NCBI RefSeq assembly: GCF_037042905.1
Contig: NC_087255.1
Location: 28,458,001-28,522,000, forward strand
Direction of reading: 5' to 3'
Length of the DNA: 64,000 bases
Source of the DNA: Lytechinus pictus
Taxonomy: Eukaryota
The position numbers and the translations under genes were made by a program. Under the pieces are notes generated by a model. It was given only the letters and a program-made list of their open reading frames with translations. It had not been told where the DNA came from and searched no databases. Of this stretch, positions 1 through 11,524 are shown one piece after another (the stretch's first letter is position 1; every line of letters begins with the position of its first letter).

Positions 1-1047
1 ATCATGATCCTGTTTTCTATAGGCCTTATTCCTATCCTTCAAGAGCTGTTTAATTCTACACGTCATCCAAGGTTTATCATTCTTCTTTAACAAAGATCTA
101 GTCAAGGGAAAGAACTTAATGTAAGCATCATGTAAGGAACTATTGAATACACTGGTAGCTTTGTTACCTGATGATTCATTATAAACATTATTCCAGCTAT
201 GATTAACAATCCATTGGCCAAATTCTCTAATTGATGAATCTTTCAGTGGACGGGTAAGTATAGTTCTTTTGTCTTTATTAGATAGTTCATGAACTGGCTT
301 GAGCAAGATGGAACAGTGATCACTGAGTCCTAGGGGAGCCAGTCTCAGTGGTGAGTTGAAATGGTAGGGAAAGTTCGTAAATACTTTATCTAGGATCGCG
401 TTACCTCGAGTTGGAAATTCTATAAGTTGAGTAAGATCCAAATCGCATGATAAGGATCCAGTCTGTAAATCATTAAAATCACCAAGGAGAATGATGGATG
501 CAGAGATATCAACAGTCCTTATATGATCAATAACGTGTTGGATATGTTCCAGGAGTTGTACGCTGTAAGGTGCGGCAGGAGGGTAATATACAACTCCAAC
601 GTAGAGACTTCTAATACTGCTTCTGGTTTTCCCTAGATCAATATAAAGCCAGAAACATTCATACGGACAGTTATGGATCGATAGGGGACAGGTTGTCAAG
701 CTATCAGAGGTGTAAACTGCCACGCCACCGCCACATTTATCAGTTCTATTTTTGCAGTGCAGTTGGTACCCGGTTACATCTGCTGCTCCTAGGGAGGAGT
801 CACTGAGCCAGGTTTCAGTGATTACTGCGATGTCAGCTGCATGATGCCTGATGGTTAGCTCAAATTCATCCATTTTGTTGTTGAGAGAACGAGCATTACT
901 TAGGAAGATGGTAGGCAATAGGGGTTTGTCTTGATTAGGTGGCTTTTCTTGAGAACAAACAGGGGTAATTGATTTTAGTACTTTCAGACCACTTCTTTCC
1001 TTATTACTATGAAATAACAGTAGTCGTTCGCTTGTAATCCAACACAT
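1..1047 (-). CDS. Non-LTR retrotransposon (LINE, CR1/L2-like) ORF2, N-terminal apurinic-type endonuclease domain; runs off the window
   Basis: Manual minus-strand translation from ATG 1047 is open to base 1: LPTIFLSNARSLNNKMDE..IAVITETWL..GGGVAVY..VYYPP..ILLGDFN..FPTRGNAILDKVFTN..GLSDH..KNDKPWMTCRIKQLLKDRNKA. These are EEP endonuclease motifs plus the KPW linker. Not in the ORF track because the stop lies outside the window. Confidence 0.9.
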   Translation of the reverse strand, partial: MCWITSERLLLFHSNKERSGLKVLKSITPVCSQEKPPNQDKPLLPTIFLSNARSLNNKMDEFELTIRHHAADIAVITETWLSDSSLGAADVTGYQLHCKNRTDKCGGGVAVYTSDSLTTCPLSIHNCPYECFWLYIDLGKTRSSIRSLYVGVVYYPPAAPYSVQLLEHIQHVIDHIRTVDISASIILLGDFNDLQTGSLSCDLDLTQLIEFPTRGNAILDKVFTNFPYHFNSPLRLAPLGLSDHCSILLKPVHELSNKDKRTILTRPLKDSSIREFGQWIVNHSWNNVYNESSGNKATSVFNSSLHDAYIKFFPLTRSLLKKNDKPWMTCRIKQLLKDRNKAYRKQDHD

Positions 1048-1139
1048 TTTTCCTTAGTTTACCAACTTTCTTCCGTAGCCTGCAATGAAGATCATATTAG
1101 TTCTCCATGTCGTTCCCAAACCAAATGCCACGGGCAGGG

Positions 1140-2140
1140 GTTGATTTTGACCAGGCATTTGAATTAGATCAATCATGCGCAGCTACGGGATCTATCATGA
1201 CGTGAACATGGTGAAAGATCTGTTAAAATTGATTTGGACAATTCAGTTCCGTTTCCTGGCCTGTTGTCCTGAATCCTACAGCTCCACGATCTATCATGAC
1301 GTGACAGATCTTGCTAGAGTTGATTTGGACCCGTCAGTTCCGTTACTATATAGGCATGCTGGCCTGGATCCTGGAGCTAAATGACTTGATCCTACTGAAG
1401 TTGATTTGGACCTGTCCATTCTTTTTCCAAGTGTTCATTGACCTGGAACAATTCTGCAGCTCCAGGATTTGTCAACACGTGAAAGATTTCGCAACAGTTG
1501 ATTTGGACCAGCCAGTTCTGTTTTCAGGCGTGCTGGCCTGGATCCTGCAGCTCAAGGGTCTATCATGAGTTGAAAGCTTGTGCAGAAATTGATTTGGACC
1601 TGTCCGTTAATTTTCTAGGTGTTTTGACCTGGATCAATCTTGCAGCTCCAGGACTTAGCATCACTTGAAAGATCTGATAGATTCTATTTGGACCATTTAG
1701 TTCCGTTTCCAGGCATGTTGGTCTGGATCCTGCAGCTACATGATCCATTGTGACTTCTGCAGCTACATGATCCATTGTGACTTCTGCAGAGGTTGATTTG
1801 GACCTGTCAGTTCCCATTCCAAGTGTTTTGACCTGGATTAATAATGTAGCTCTGGAATCTATCATGACGTGAAAGATCTTGCTAGAGTTGATATGGACCT
1901 GTCAGTTCCGTTTCTATGCATGTTGGCCTGGATCCTGCAGCTATGTGATTGATCTATCATGACTCGATCCTGCGGAAGTTGATTTTCCAGGTGTTTCGAC
2001 CTGGATCAATCATGCAGCTCCAGGATCCATGACTTGAAAGCTTCTGCAGAAGTTGATTTGACCTGTCAGTTCCAATTGCAGGTATTTTGGCCGGGATCCT
2101 GCAGCTTCAAGATCGATCATGACTTGAAAGATCTTGCAGG
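1140..2140. repeat. Degenerate ~90-bp tandem array, two alternating monomer types, directly upstream of the LINE ORF
   Basis: Core ttgatttggac recurs at about 1229, 1320, 1401, 1498, 1589, 1682, 1793, 1888, 1979 and 2052, with ggatcctgcagct and tctatcatgac motifs in the units. Confidence 0.85.
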
Positions 2141-2940
2141 ACTATGCGCATCTGACTTTGTCACCTACGTATGTGAAGCACTTGTGATATCAGGTTGGCT
2201 TGACGCGATCCACACTCTTCCACAGAACAGTAGCATGAAGTTCTGATATGCTTCTTCCTTCCATATACCTCTAATACTTGTTGGCATGTCCAACTCAGAT
2301 GAAAATGATTCTGTTGATGGCACTACCACCTTGTCTCGCAATCTAATTTCCTTATGGAGAGAAATGTTTCTTACACTTTGATTGATGAACAATTAATTGT
2401 CCCACTGAAGAGGATGATGACTGTAACTTTCTTGATGTATTCCTCTGTTGCCTCTGATATTCTTTGTCGAGCATACTGCATGCTTCACAGTGGTCATGCT
2501 TTCCCGTACTTATGATTAACCCAGACAGTCTTAACTTAAAGTTTGGACTAAATATATGCCCTACTTTGAGAAGTCATGTGCGACACATATAATGTACGTT
2601 CGATTAATTCGTTAGAATTGTACCCGAAGTCCCAAGCTATTGGAAACTTACCGTGTAAATATAAATCATTTATTTTCCTTCATCATCTAGAAACTATTGC
2701 AAAATATCCTGTAAATTATGTTAATGACTCAAGTGCCCAGCATTATGATCAAATAAAAGAGATACATACAATGGCAATTGCGTCTAGTAAACTTGGGATT
2801 AGAATCATTTTTTTAAGATGCTCAAATACCCGGTATAATGGGCAAGAATGATGAAAGAAGTCATTCCAAGCAGGTTGGAAAGCTCTGTACCAACACCTTG
2901 ACACTGCTTTCCATTTTCCAACCATACTTTTTGATGACCT

Positions 2941-3099
2941 GGGGGGCGTTTCATCAATATTTTCGTCCGACAAGTTGTCAGATCTGACAACTTTCCTGGA
3001 TTCTGATTGGTTGAGAAGCACTGTTACCATAGTAACTGTCGGATAAAACAGGACTTGTCGGATAAAACGTCCGACAAGTCCTTTCATGAAACGCTCCCC
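2941..3099. mobile_element. Short MITE with terminal inverted repeats
   Basis: ggggggcgtttcat ... atgaaacgctcccc termini; internal gtccgacaag / cttgtcgga inverted motifs. Confidence 0.7.
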
Positions 3100-3269
3100 T
3101 GATACGACATACAATATCTTGCACATTACCGCTTCATTTTCATGATTTATAGGATGCGGCGTTAATGATTAGTGTCAATTACAGAGAAAACAATTTCTCT
3201 TGAAAGATTTTGTTGTATAATCGACACATTAATGTATGCTTTGTGACATACTCACAAGTGGTACATGTA

Positions 3270-3490
3270 CAATCGATGATTTAAGCTGTTTCAGGTCTAC
3301 TGTCAATGCTATGCATTGAACATATCCAGTCAACGATGCTTGAGGCTGTTTCAGGTCTACTGTGCATGTTATGTACAGTGCACATACAGTTAATGAAGCT
3401 TGAGACTGTTTCATTTCTATTGTATATGATATACAGTGAACATACAGTCAATGATGCTTCAGGCCGTTTCAGGTCTACTGTACATGCTTT
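3270..3490. repeat. ~60-bp minisatellite, about 4 units
   Basis: gctgtttcaggtctactgt-type unit recurring at about 60-bp spacing. Confidence 0.75.
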
Positions 3491-4607
3491 CCAAGTCAGT
3501 CAATGATATCATAACTTTCCTGACAAGTAAGTGTGTGGGCATTAATCGCCATTGCTTCCCAATGAAGCTTTGTCATTTGGGAGCGATTTCAGCTTCCCTT
3601 TGCCCTAAAATTTCAGTGTCTTTCCCAGTGTTCCGTGTACATCCACTACAGTACCCTGTCTCATTTTCATTACAAGCGAGATCCTATATAATTATTAAAT
3701 AGTAAGCACATTCAATGACCCAGTAATGATTTTGTCGGTGTGTTAGCCGTGTGATGTATGACAAAAATAATAAAATCATGTATATCAAAATTAGGTTTGT
3801 TACCTATATACGATTATTATGCAGATATTATAATTATTTGGATTGCTTCTGAATTTTTCAGACTTATGAGACATTTTAAACTCCCAGGTTTCATACTTTG
3901 ACCAATTTTCTAACCATTTTCATTCAAATATTATGACCAGATGGTGTATTCAGGAATATTATCTATAGTTCCCATGGAAAATGTGTTGCTTAGCAAATGT
4001 TGCTGTACTTAGTTGGAACGTTGCTTGATATGTGATTGTAAAATTGGCGCTTAGAAGTCAAAATATAGTTTTTTAAATGTAGATAACACCCCAAAATGGT
4101 GGTTGCTAAGGTAAATATGTTACCTAGCAACTGTTGCTACACGAGGAGAGATCATGTTGACACCCCCTGCTAAAAATGTTCAGCACTGTTTACTCTACCT
4201 ATCAGCCAAAGTTCATGTTTGTACCATAATCTGAACAATTCTTGCTATTTTTTGCACCGATCATCCAGACTACAATGGTTTACATCGCTTAACTGAAACG
4301 TATTTGTTGGCGGGGTGATCTCTAACAAAAAAAAAGAAAGAAATCATACGGAGGAGAGAGAAATAGAGAGAGAACAAATATACATATAAAATAAACAATG
4401 ATACAAAATTACAATGGTATTAACCTTGGTATAAGATTTAAAAGCGCTGGGCAAATAAACAACCACGTCGTGGTGATTTATATATGAATTACTGCTGGGG
4501 ATCTTTGCAAATTTGGCCTGCTTTATGAAAAGTGAGAAAAAAAATGCAGACTCTTTATGAAATTACCCACTCCCGAGTCCATTGTAACTTGTCAATTATT
4601 ATCAAAG

Positions 4608-4782
4608 CGACAATAAAGGAATGACACTTCACTCACAATAGTTGAATAATTGTACCTTAATTTATTAGGCAGCTCATGACTTCAACCGCGGCGTCGTCAA
4701 GGGGCGAATTACAGTCGTTGCATTGACACTGAAACCAATCCACCACAAGGTGGCGCTATAGCACAAACAACAAACATTGGCG
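4608..4782 (-). repeat. 3' LTR (175 bp)
   Basis: 173/175 identical to 9375-9549; termini cgacaat...attggcg are imperfect inverted repeats. Confidence 0.92.
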
Positions 4783-6875
4783 TGACCACTTTGTCTTTTT
4801 TCCTTCCCACTGTTAAGACTGTATATGGATTAATGATTACAAATCATTAGCAAAGTAGCAAAGTATTGAACTTCCAATTCCATGTAAACAGGTACTACCT
4901 TACAAAAAGTTAAAAACAATGCCATATCCCTACAGAATACATATCTACCAACCTCTAAAAGGTATAGAAATTCCGTATAACAACAAATAATGCTTATTAA
5001 AAACCAACCATTGTAATTATTCTTGATACTACAAATATCAAACCCTTACAGTACTAATGTAAAAAACGTTAAATAATTACTATCAAACTAAAATCAAAAC
5101 CTCTCATCTTTACCTATCAGCAAGGCTATAACATGGAAATATAAATATCACAACCACATATATGCACTCTCCTAAAGATATAAACACATAACATTGCATA
5201 AAATGTGTAACATACTGTTAGGGGCACTAACAAGCTTTCTTAACCAAAACCATAAGATGAAACAATTTACATCACAATGCATAAACATGTGTATCTTCAA
5301 CATCCCCATAAAATCAAGCATTCTAAACAGGCGATAAATAAACATTAACACCAAGTCACAAGCTAAACTAAACCAAAAACAAAACCAAGTCAAATGTCAT
5401 TTCAAGTCAACCATTAAAAAATGTTATGCAAAACAATAAACCTGCCAACGCTTGTCCCTTAAAAGAAAACCTAACAATCAATGCCTTTAAGTATAACTCA
5501 TACTTAAGGAAGAAAACCAGCCCAGTTGTGCTAAGGAAATAAAACCAAGTAAGGGCAAACCAAAAACAGCAATACCATACACTACGCCAAGATAATGTAA
5601 ATAAAGACATTAGTGGCTCAAAATATATCCTGTAAATGAAAACAAATAAAATGACTTAGCTATTAAACTTGACAGCACACATACAGGAAAGGAAACCATA
5701 AACAAAGTAAATGCATATTAATCTCAAACACTACTATCAAGTCCCATGTCATCTAAGTTATCTGACCTAAAAACAATAAACTAAACAAATTATAAAATTG
5801 CCAAACTATGCAATAAATAAATAATGTTCTTATTAAATAAAGACATCACAATTCATAACCAAAATAGATGCATTGATGAACCTATTACTGTAGAACCATT
5901 CCATAAAGAAACAGGGACACTTTGTAATAAAACATCTGCAAAACAAAAAGCCATTAACTTCACAAGCATTAAAATGGACCCTTCCACAACCATCAAAATA
6001 ACAAAAAGGATTCCATACATAGTTATATACACAAGTGCACAGTCAGGTGAACTGTTGTCACACTGGGTACCACATAGTCACGCTGATTAAATTAAAAATA
6101 ACACCGTTATCTTGCAGAAATCAATCAAAAGCTAAGGTACAAGGCATACATATACATCCATAAAAAGTGTGTGGTGGAAATAATTATGTGAAATACAGCA
6201 AATGTGGAAATATTGAAACACATCCTGGAAAAATCATGTTAGGCACATCAAATACGAATCAATTAAAAAATGGATACTTGTATATGATTTACACGTCACC
6301 TCCCCTAAACAAACAAATAAAAGTAGCACACACACACAGCCAGCAAACATTAAAATGTCTAAGCACACAACAAACTTCAGTATAGGAAATCAAATTTAAT
6401 GACAGACCAGTAGGCATAACATGCACATCAAAATATTAACACAATCAGCTGTACAACTCCAACCCAATGAAAGGCGAATAAAAAGAAATGGAAAAAACAT
6501 CATTCTTTAAACAAAATAAAGGCATAAGCATCACAACAAAAGGAGCAGTATACAGTGATTAGTACAAAAAGAAAACATATCTTGCATAAAATGTGCAAAA
6601 AAAAAACAATCGTACTGTATATTCTAAAACAATACATTATGTATGCAATAAAAATAATCAATTATGCAATAAAAATGTGAAGGGAAGAAAATAATCATAA
6701 ACATACATAATAAGAACAATACATCATACATGCAATTAGCAGTGTCCATAGTATGCGTCATTGTCCGTGAACAAAAAGGTAAAACAATAGCAGTCAATAT
6801 AGGATGTTTATCCCAGATTTCACTTTAAAAAGTGCAAATGTCCATCTCTCAGAATCAAAGGGAGGATACAACAGT

Positions 6876-9203
6876 TCATTGGTACCTTGTATCAATGTCT
6901 GGTGGACGACCAGGAGGGGGTCCTATGGACAACCAAAATGTTGAGAGGCCTGGCCGTTGTTCTGAAGGTGGAGCGATGTTCGCGGGCGACGTCCTATGAA
7001 CAAGGTGACGAAAAGCCAAAGGAACAGTTCCATGGGATGGGTTGTAAAGACCAGTCACAGGAACAAAGGGAGCATACAGTCTATTGCCAACATCCGGCGG
7101 GGGACCTGGTTGGCCTATAACCTCCGTGGTGAGGTCATCACGAGTAGGGATACTGCGTCCTTTGCGAAAATCCGGGGGGCGACCTGGCGGGTCCATAACC
7201 TCTGTGGTAAGGCCTTCACGAGTAGGGATACTGCATCCTTTGCGAACATCCGGGGGGTGACCTGGTGGGTCCATCACCTCTGTGGTAAGGCCTTCACGAG
7301 TAGGGATACTGCATCCTTTGCGAACATCCGGGGGGCGACCTGGTGGGTCCATAACCTCTGTGGTGAGGCCATCACAAGTTGGGTCACAGTGTTGGTAGCA
7401 AGGGATCAAGCACTCACCAATGAGAGGAGAATCCATCACTACAGGACTAGAATTAGTAGCCAGTGAAAGCTTGTCAAAATCAGTATTCTGTAGACATCCT
7501 GCTTTACTAAGCAGGTTGGCGTGTGTAAGGTTAGGTTGGGTGTCTATACCAATATCCACAGCGGGACCAGATGTTGTGAGCTTCACGTCATAGTCAGGAA
7601 CTGAAACTAGCTCGGATTGAAGTTGCTGGCATGCAGCGACATCGTTCTGGGTAGCAGTGACTAGGTCAACCGACGAGCTGTTAATGACTTTGATAAAAGC
7701 AGTGCCTGATGGTGAAGGGTCACACAAGGGCGTTATAATGGAAAGCACGTATTGCAGTGTCTCAGTGCCACCGGACATATGCGGAACGACTGGAGGTACG
7801 TGTGGCAATTCGTCGGTGCCACCGGACATACGTGGAACGATAGAGAGCGTAAGTGGCAATTTCTCGTCGCAACCGGATATGAGTGGAACGCTAGGCGCAT
7901 GTTGCAATTTCTCAGTGCCACTGGGCATATCGGACATATGGTCATGTGAATTGATATCGCGTATCGACAGCGAAGCGTCAGGACCATAAGTGTACGACGG
8001 TCCATCACCTATGGTGATGCGGTGCTTAGCAGGACGGATGGTAATGTCATGTAACTCTATGAATGGAATTCCTGCATGAATTTGAATAAGCGGTGAGTCT
8101 ACGACATACGCTTCGAAAAGCAAGTGTTCCCCATTCCTACTTAAGGTAAGACTTGTCGTACCAATAACTGGAAGGCGCGAGGAACGGTTAGCATAACACA
8201 CCGACCGAAGGGTATCTGTAGGCCTGATGACAGCACCAAGACTTTGAACGCTGGAAAGACCAATGAGGTTCTGTGGTGAACCACTGACAAGTTTGACCTG
8301 GACGAGCTTTTGACCATGAAAAAGATTGACACTTGGAGACGGAGAGGAAAGGCTGGCCACTGAAAACTGTGGCGAATGTGTAACCTTGGAGTGGTACTCA
8401 CCTAACTCCGATGAGTCACTCATATCATCGCCGAGAGAATCTCCATGGATTTCATGCGGTCTGCCTGACTCTGGCAAGACCTCGGCACGACCGAAAGAAC
8501 TATCTGTTAAGCCTGTTCTAACAGGCAAAGCATCCTCACTATCCGAAATAGAACAATCATAATCATCATAGCGGCATTCATCACTCTCAGATAAATCAGA
8601 GACAGAGTCAGCATATAGAAGTTGACAATCATCTTGATAATCATCACTTACATCCAAATACTCTGACCAAACTGATTTGGAAGAAGTCAAGCAATTTTGT
8701 GTACTGATACTTCTTTCAGACTTTTTCAAGAATGAGCACTCACTTTTGTTACGACTACAATTATATTTAGATGCTGAATAGTAGGGATTGTCACAAGTAG
8801 GTCCAACGTTTGAGTAAGAACTAGATCTGTATCCAACACTATTTGTGTTATGTGTACTAGCTTTATGACTGTCTTGATTATGTTCTGTACAATGTAAAAC
8901 CCTACTTGCTCTAGGAAAGGAATGAGAATGGTCTTCAATGACAGACTCATCATGATCAAAACAATATTCATCATCATATGCATAATCATCATTGTTTAAA
9001 TCATACAAATCAAGATTGTCACAATCACTCACAATCATATCATTTTCTTTCTCTCTTCCGATTTGGATTAATGTTGAATTATCATTAACAATTTGTTCAT
9101 GTTGGTTATGTTTAGTGTAGTAGCCTCTATCTTGGGCATGATACTGGCGGCCGCTCTCTCGGGCCTGTGGAAGGTACCGGTACATGTACCGGGGATAAGC
9201 CAT
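6876..9203 (-). CDS. 775-aa retroelement protein: Ser/Asp/Tyr-rich N-terminus, retropepsin-like domain with VSG in place of D[ST]G, 17-aa and 26-aa tandem repeats
   Basis: Uninterrupted 2.3-kb ORF inside the LTR pair. SPSVNLFHGQKLVQVKLVSGSPQNLI..LPVIGTTSLTLSRNG..FEAYVV..IHAGIPFIELHDITIRPAKHRITIG resembles Gypsy aspartic protease. No RT, RNase H, integrase or CCHC motif seen. Confidence 0.75.
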   Translation of the reverse strand: MAYPRYMYRYLPQARESGRQYHAQDRGYYTKHNQHEQIVNDNSTLIQIGREKENDMIVSDCDNLDLYDLNNDDYAYDDEYCFDHDESVIEDHSHSFPRASRVLHCTEHNQDSHKASTHNTNSVGYRSSSYSNVGPTCDNPYYSASKYNCSRNKSECSFLKKSERSISTQNCLTSSKSVWSEYLDVSDDYQDDCQLLYADSVSDLSESDECRYDDYDCSISDSEDALPVRTGLTDSSFGRAEVLPESGRPHEIHGDSLGDDMSDSSELGEYHSKVTHSPQFSVASLSSPSPSVNLFHGQKLVQVKLVSGSPQNLIGLSSVQSLGAVIRPTDTLRSVCYANRSSRLPVIGTTSLTLSRNGEHLLFEAYVVDSPLIQIHAGIPFIELHDITIRPAKHRITIGDGPSYTYGPDASLSIRDINSHDHMSDMPSGTEKLQHAPSVPLISGCDEKLPLTLSIVPRMSGGTDELPHVPPVVPHMSGGTETLQYVLSIITPLCDPSPSGTAFIKVINSSSVDLVTATQNDVAACQQLQSELVSVPDYDVKLTTSGPAVDIGIDTQPNLTHANLLSKAGCLQNTDFDKLSLATNSSPVVMDSPLIGECLIPCYQHCDPTCDGLTTEVMDPPGRPPDVRKGCSIPTREGLTTEVMDPPGHPPDVRKGCSIPTREGLTTEVMDPPGRPPDFRKGRSIPTRDDLTTEVIGQPGPPPDVGNRLYAPFVPVTGLYNPSHGTVPLAFRHLVHRTSPANIAPPSEQRPGLSTFWLSIGPPPGRPPDIDTRYQ
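7085..7375 (-). repeat. 78-bp coding tandem repeat (GLTTEVMDPPGRPPDVRKGCSIPTRE), about 3.5 units
   Basis: cacgagtagggatactgc at 7139, 7217 and 7295. Confidence 0.9.
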
Positions 9204-9362
9204 CGTAAAAGGCTATGTGTGGGGATGAGTGTTAGCCGTGGCGTGAGAAGACATGATTAACAACGAACTACAACTACCTATCACGAAAAATGATGCTTTT
9301 CGACCGAATGAACGCTAGGGTAGCAGTGGCCATCCTATTGTGTGGATAGACAGGGATCGAAC

Positions 9363-9374
9363 CTGCTGCCACCA
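9363..9374 (-). other. Primer-binding site, tRNA-Leu-like
   Basis: Minus-strand TGGTGGCAGCAG abuts the 5' LTR and is nearly complementary to the 3' end (...CCGCUGCCACCA) of animal tRNA-Leu. Confidence 0.7.
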
Positions 9375-9549
9375 CGACAATAAAGGAATGACACTTCACT
9401 CACAATAGTTGAATAATTGTACCTTAATGTATTAGGCAGCTCATGACTTCAACCGCGGCGCCGTCAAGGGGCGAATTACAGTCGTTGCATTGACACTGAA
9501 ACCAATCCACCACAAGGTGGCGCTATAGCACAAACAACAAACATTGGCG
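9375..9549 (-). repeat. 5' LTR (175 bp)
   Basis: Direct repeat of 4608-4782. Confidence 0.92.
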
Positions 9550-10099
9550 AAGGACATATCTACCCCAGCCAATAGTTTATTCGATAGAAAAGAGAAAACG
9601 ATTATCTCACAGAACAGTTAAACGGGCAAGTGTGGATCCGGGGAGTGACAAAAGGGCCACGTGCCACTTCTCCTTTTGAGGACATGTACATTCTGCTCGA
9701 TATGCAAATACTGCGGTTAACCAATGGCGTCACCCACTCACTACTCTTGTATTTATTGTACAAAACATATATTTTCCACATTACATTGTAAAACGGGGTT
9801 TGATCCCCCTTAGAAATTTGAGACTACCATTGCGGCAACCTAATGTGATTCTTAAGCAGGCTTCCTTGCTATATTGTATTGACAATCATTTTCTTTAAAG
9901 AAAAGTGTCCCCTCTTTATTCTAACTTTAATTTTATTTATCTTCCTTTTGCTCCGTGTGAGTGACGACCCCCCCCCCCCCCCCCCTCACCACCCCTTGTT
10001 GCCTTTGAGGAAAGAGTTGGGTCAACTTCCTGCCCCCTTCTTTGAAGAAATCCTTGCTCCTTCCCTTTTTGAGAGAATAGCAATATAACACCCCTGAGC

Positions 10100-10282
10100 C
10101 ACTAGCGTACCTACAGGGGGGCAGAGGGGCAGACTGTCCCCCTCCCCCCTGACGAGTCACAACCCATGCAAGGGACATATCCCTGCCCCCTGACGAGTCT
10201 TGAAGACCTTTTTTTTTTTTTTTTTTTGCTTGTCAATTTTTTTTGCCGACGAATTTGCCTTTGCCCCCCCTGTACGCCACTG
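10100..10282. mobile_element. hAT-like MITE with 8-bp TSD
   Basis: cactagcgtac...gtacgccactg termini; ccctgagc duplicated at 10092-10099 and 10283-10290. Confidence 0.75.
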
Positions 10283-11230
10283 CCCTGAGCACAGACATAA
10301 TGATTGTAGAACTTGGTGTAGAGTGTTCTATATAGACACAAGCGAGCAAGGCAAGCAAAGAAAAAAACGACCCTTTGAAAATGAACATCTAATTTTGTGA
10401 TAGATTTAAACATAATATTAAGGAAATTATTTCATATTTTGCAGTTTCCTTTTCATTGCCATTCTTTCTTCTTGTCTTTTCTATTTCTTCTCGCTCGTGG
10501 AAACTTTTGGGGGCAACGACCCCCCCCCCCCCCTTTTGTCCGCCGGTGCTCAAGGGTAACATGTATACATGATGGTTGAAATGAAACCGGGAATAATGTC
10601 AACATAATTGGCATATCAGATCATGTATCAACACAATGATAAGTGCATGCGTGTGCCTGTCACGGTAGTAAACAGTGTGTAGAACAAAAAAAAAAGATAC
10701 ATGTTTTTTTTAAAGAAATATGTCAAGATTATGTTTCTAAACATGAAGAGATTTCTATTACATTGGTAAATGTTTTAGTGTCTCGTTTGTCAGAATGGCA
10801 CCAGAAAGACATATTTTTCACACTGAATACTAAGCATTTTGTCAATTATTTCAAAACAAAATTAGTTGAATAGCTTACTCCTATTTAAACGAACCTTTCT
10901 TTGCATTCCTGTAAGATTGTGTTTTATTTATGTACGATTAATCATTTCCATACTCATAAATGCATGTATATTCTTCAATTGTTTGAAGCAAGATTGAGGA
11001 GTACTGAAATATTATATCTTTATTTCTTCAGTAAGAATTTAACAAGATATTTCATTCAAACAAAGTGCAGCAAAAGGAAGAATTAATCAGACATGGAATT
11101 TAATGTCAGTCATTCAGTTAAGAAAATAAGTACCAATTAATCAATTATTTTCATTTCAATAATTGTCAATAAAAAATCTGCCAACAAAGGTCGATATAAT
11201 TTCATTTTTCTGCCCCTTTTAAGAGATATA

Positions 11231-11524
11231 GGCCCGTATTCTGAAGTCAGGTTGAACTTAGACCGTGGTCTAACCGTGGCCAAAAGTGTCAAAAATTTTA
11301 TTAAGTTGTATGTTTCTTATGTTTACTGTGCTCTTTCCTGATTCATCGATGGTGCAGACAATAATCTATTTATACTTCCTACACAAATATTAATGATTTG
11401 ACAGCCAAATGAGGTGAATATTATATCTCTACTATTAGTGATTTATGTAACAATTGGCTATCCATACTTAAACCACAACTTTAAACTTGAGTTTAAAGTT
11501 AAACCCGACTTCAGAATACGGGCC
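11231..11524. mobile_element. PIF/Harbinger-like MITE
   Basis: 18-bp TIR ggcccgtattctgaagtc / gacttcagaatacgggcc, flanked by ata. Related copies at 15976-16284 and about 43485-43777. Confidence 0.8.

Larger units (their letters stand above)
4608..9549 (-). mobile_element. Non-autonomous LTR retrotransposon (Gypsy-related) with CG...CG LTR termini and 3-bp TSD
   Basis: 175-bp direct repeats at 4608-4782 and 9375-9549 (2 mismatches). aag flanks both ends (4605-4607, 9550-9552). On the minus strand TGGTGGCAGCAG follows the 5' LTR directly (PBS), and a purine tract GGGAAGGAAAAAAGACAAAG precedes the 3' LTR. Single long internal ORF. Confidence 0.9.

Noticed and set aside
1140-2140. Regular repeats as a CRISPR array; short ORFs within them as genes
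   Set aside because: Units are degenerate along their whole length with no unique spacers, the context is eukaryotic, and the ORFs are repeat by-products.
3810-4272. Possible Academ-like transposon end (...gacta)
   Set aside because: Only one putative terminus seen; no partner TIR or TSD could be verified.
6887-8562. Plus-strand ORFs antisense to the 775-aa ORF
   Set aside because: Shadow frames of repetitive coding sequence with no independent motifs.
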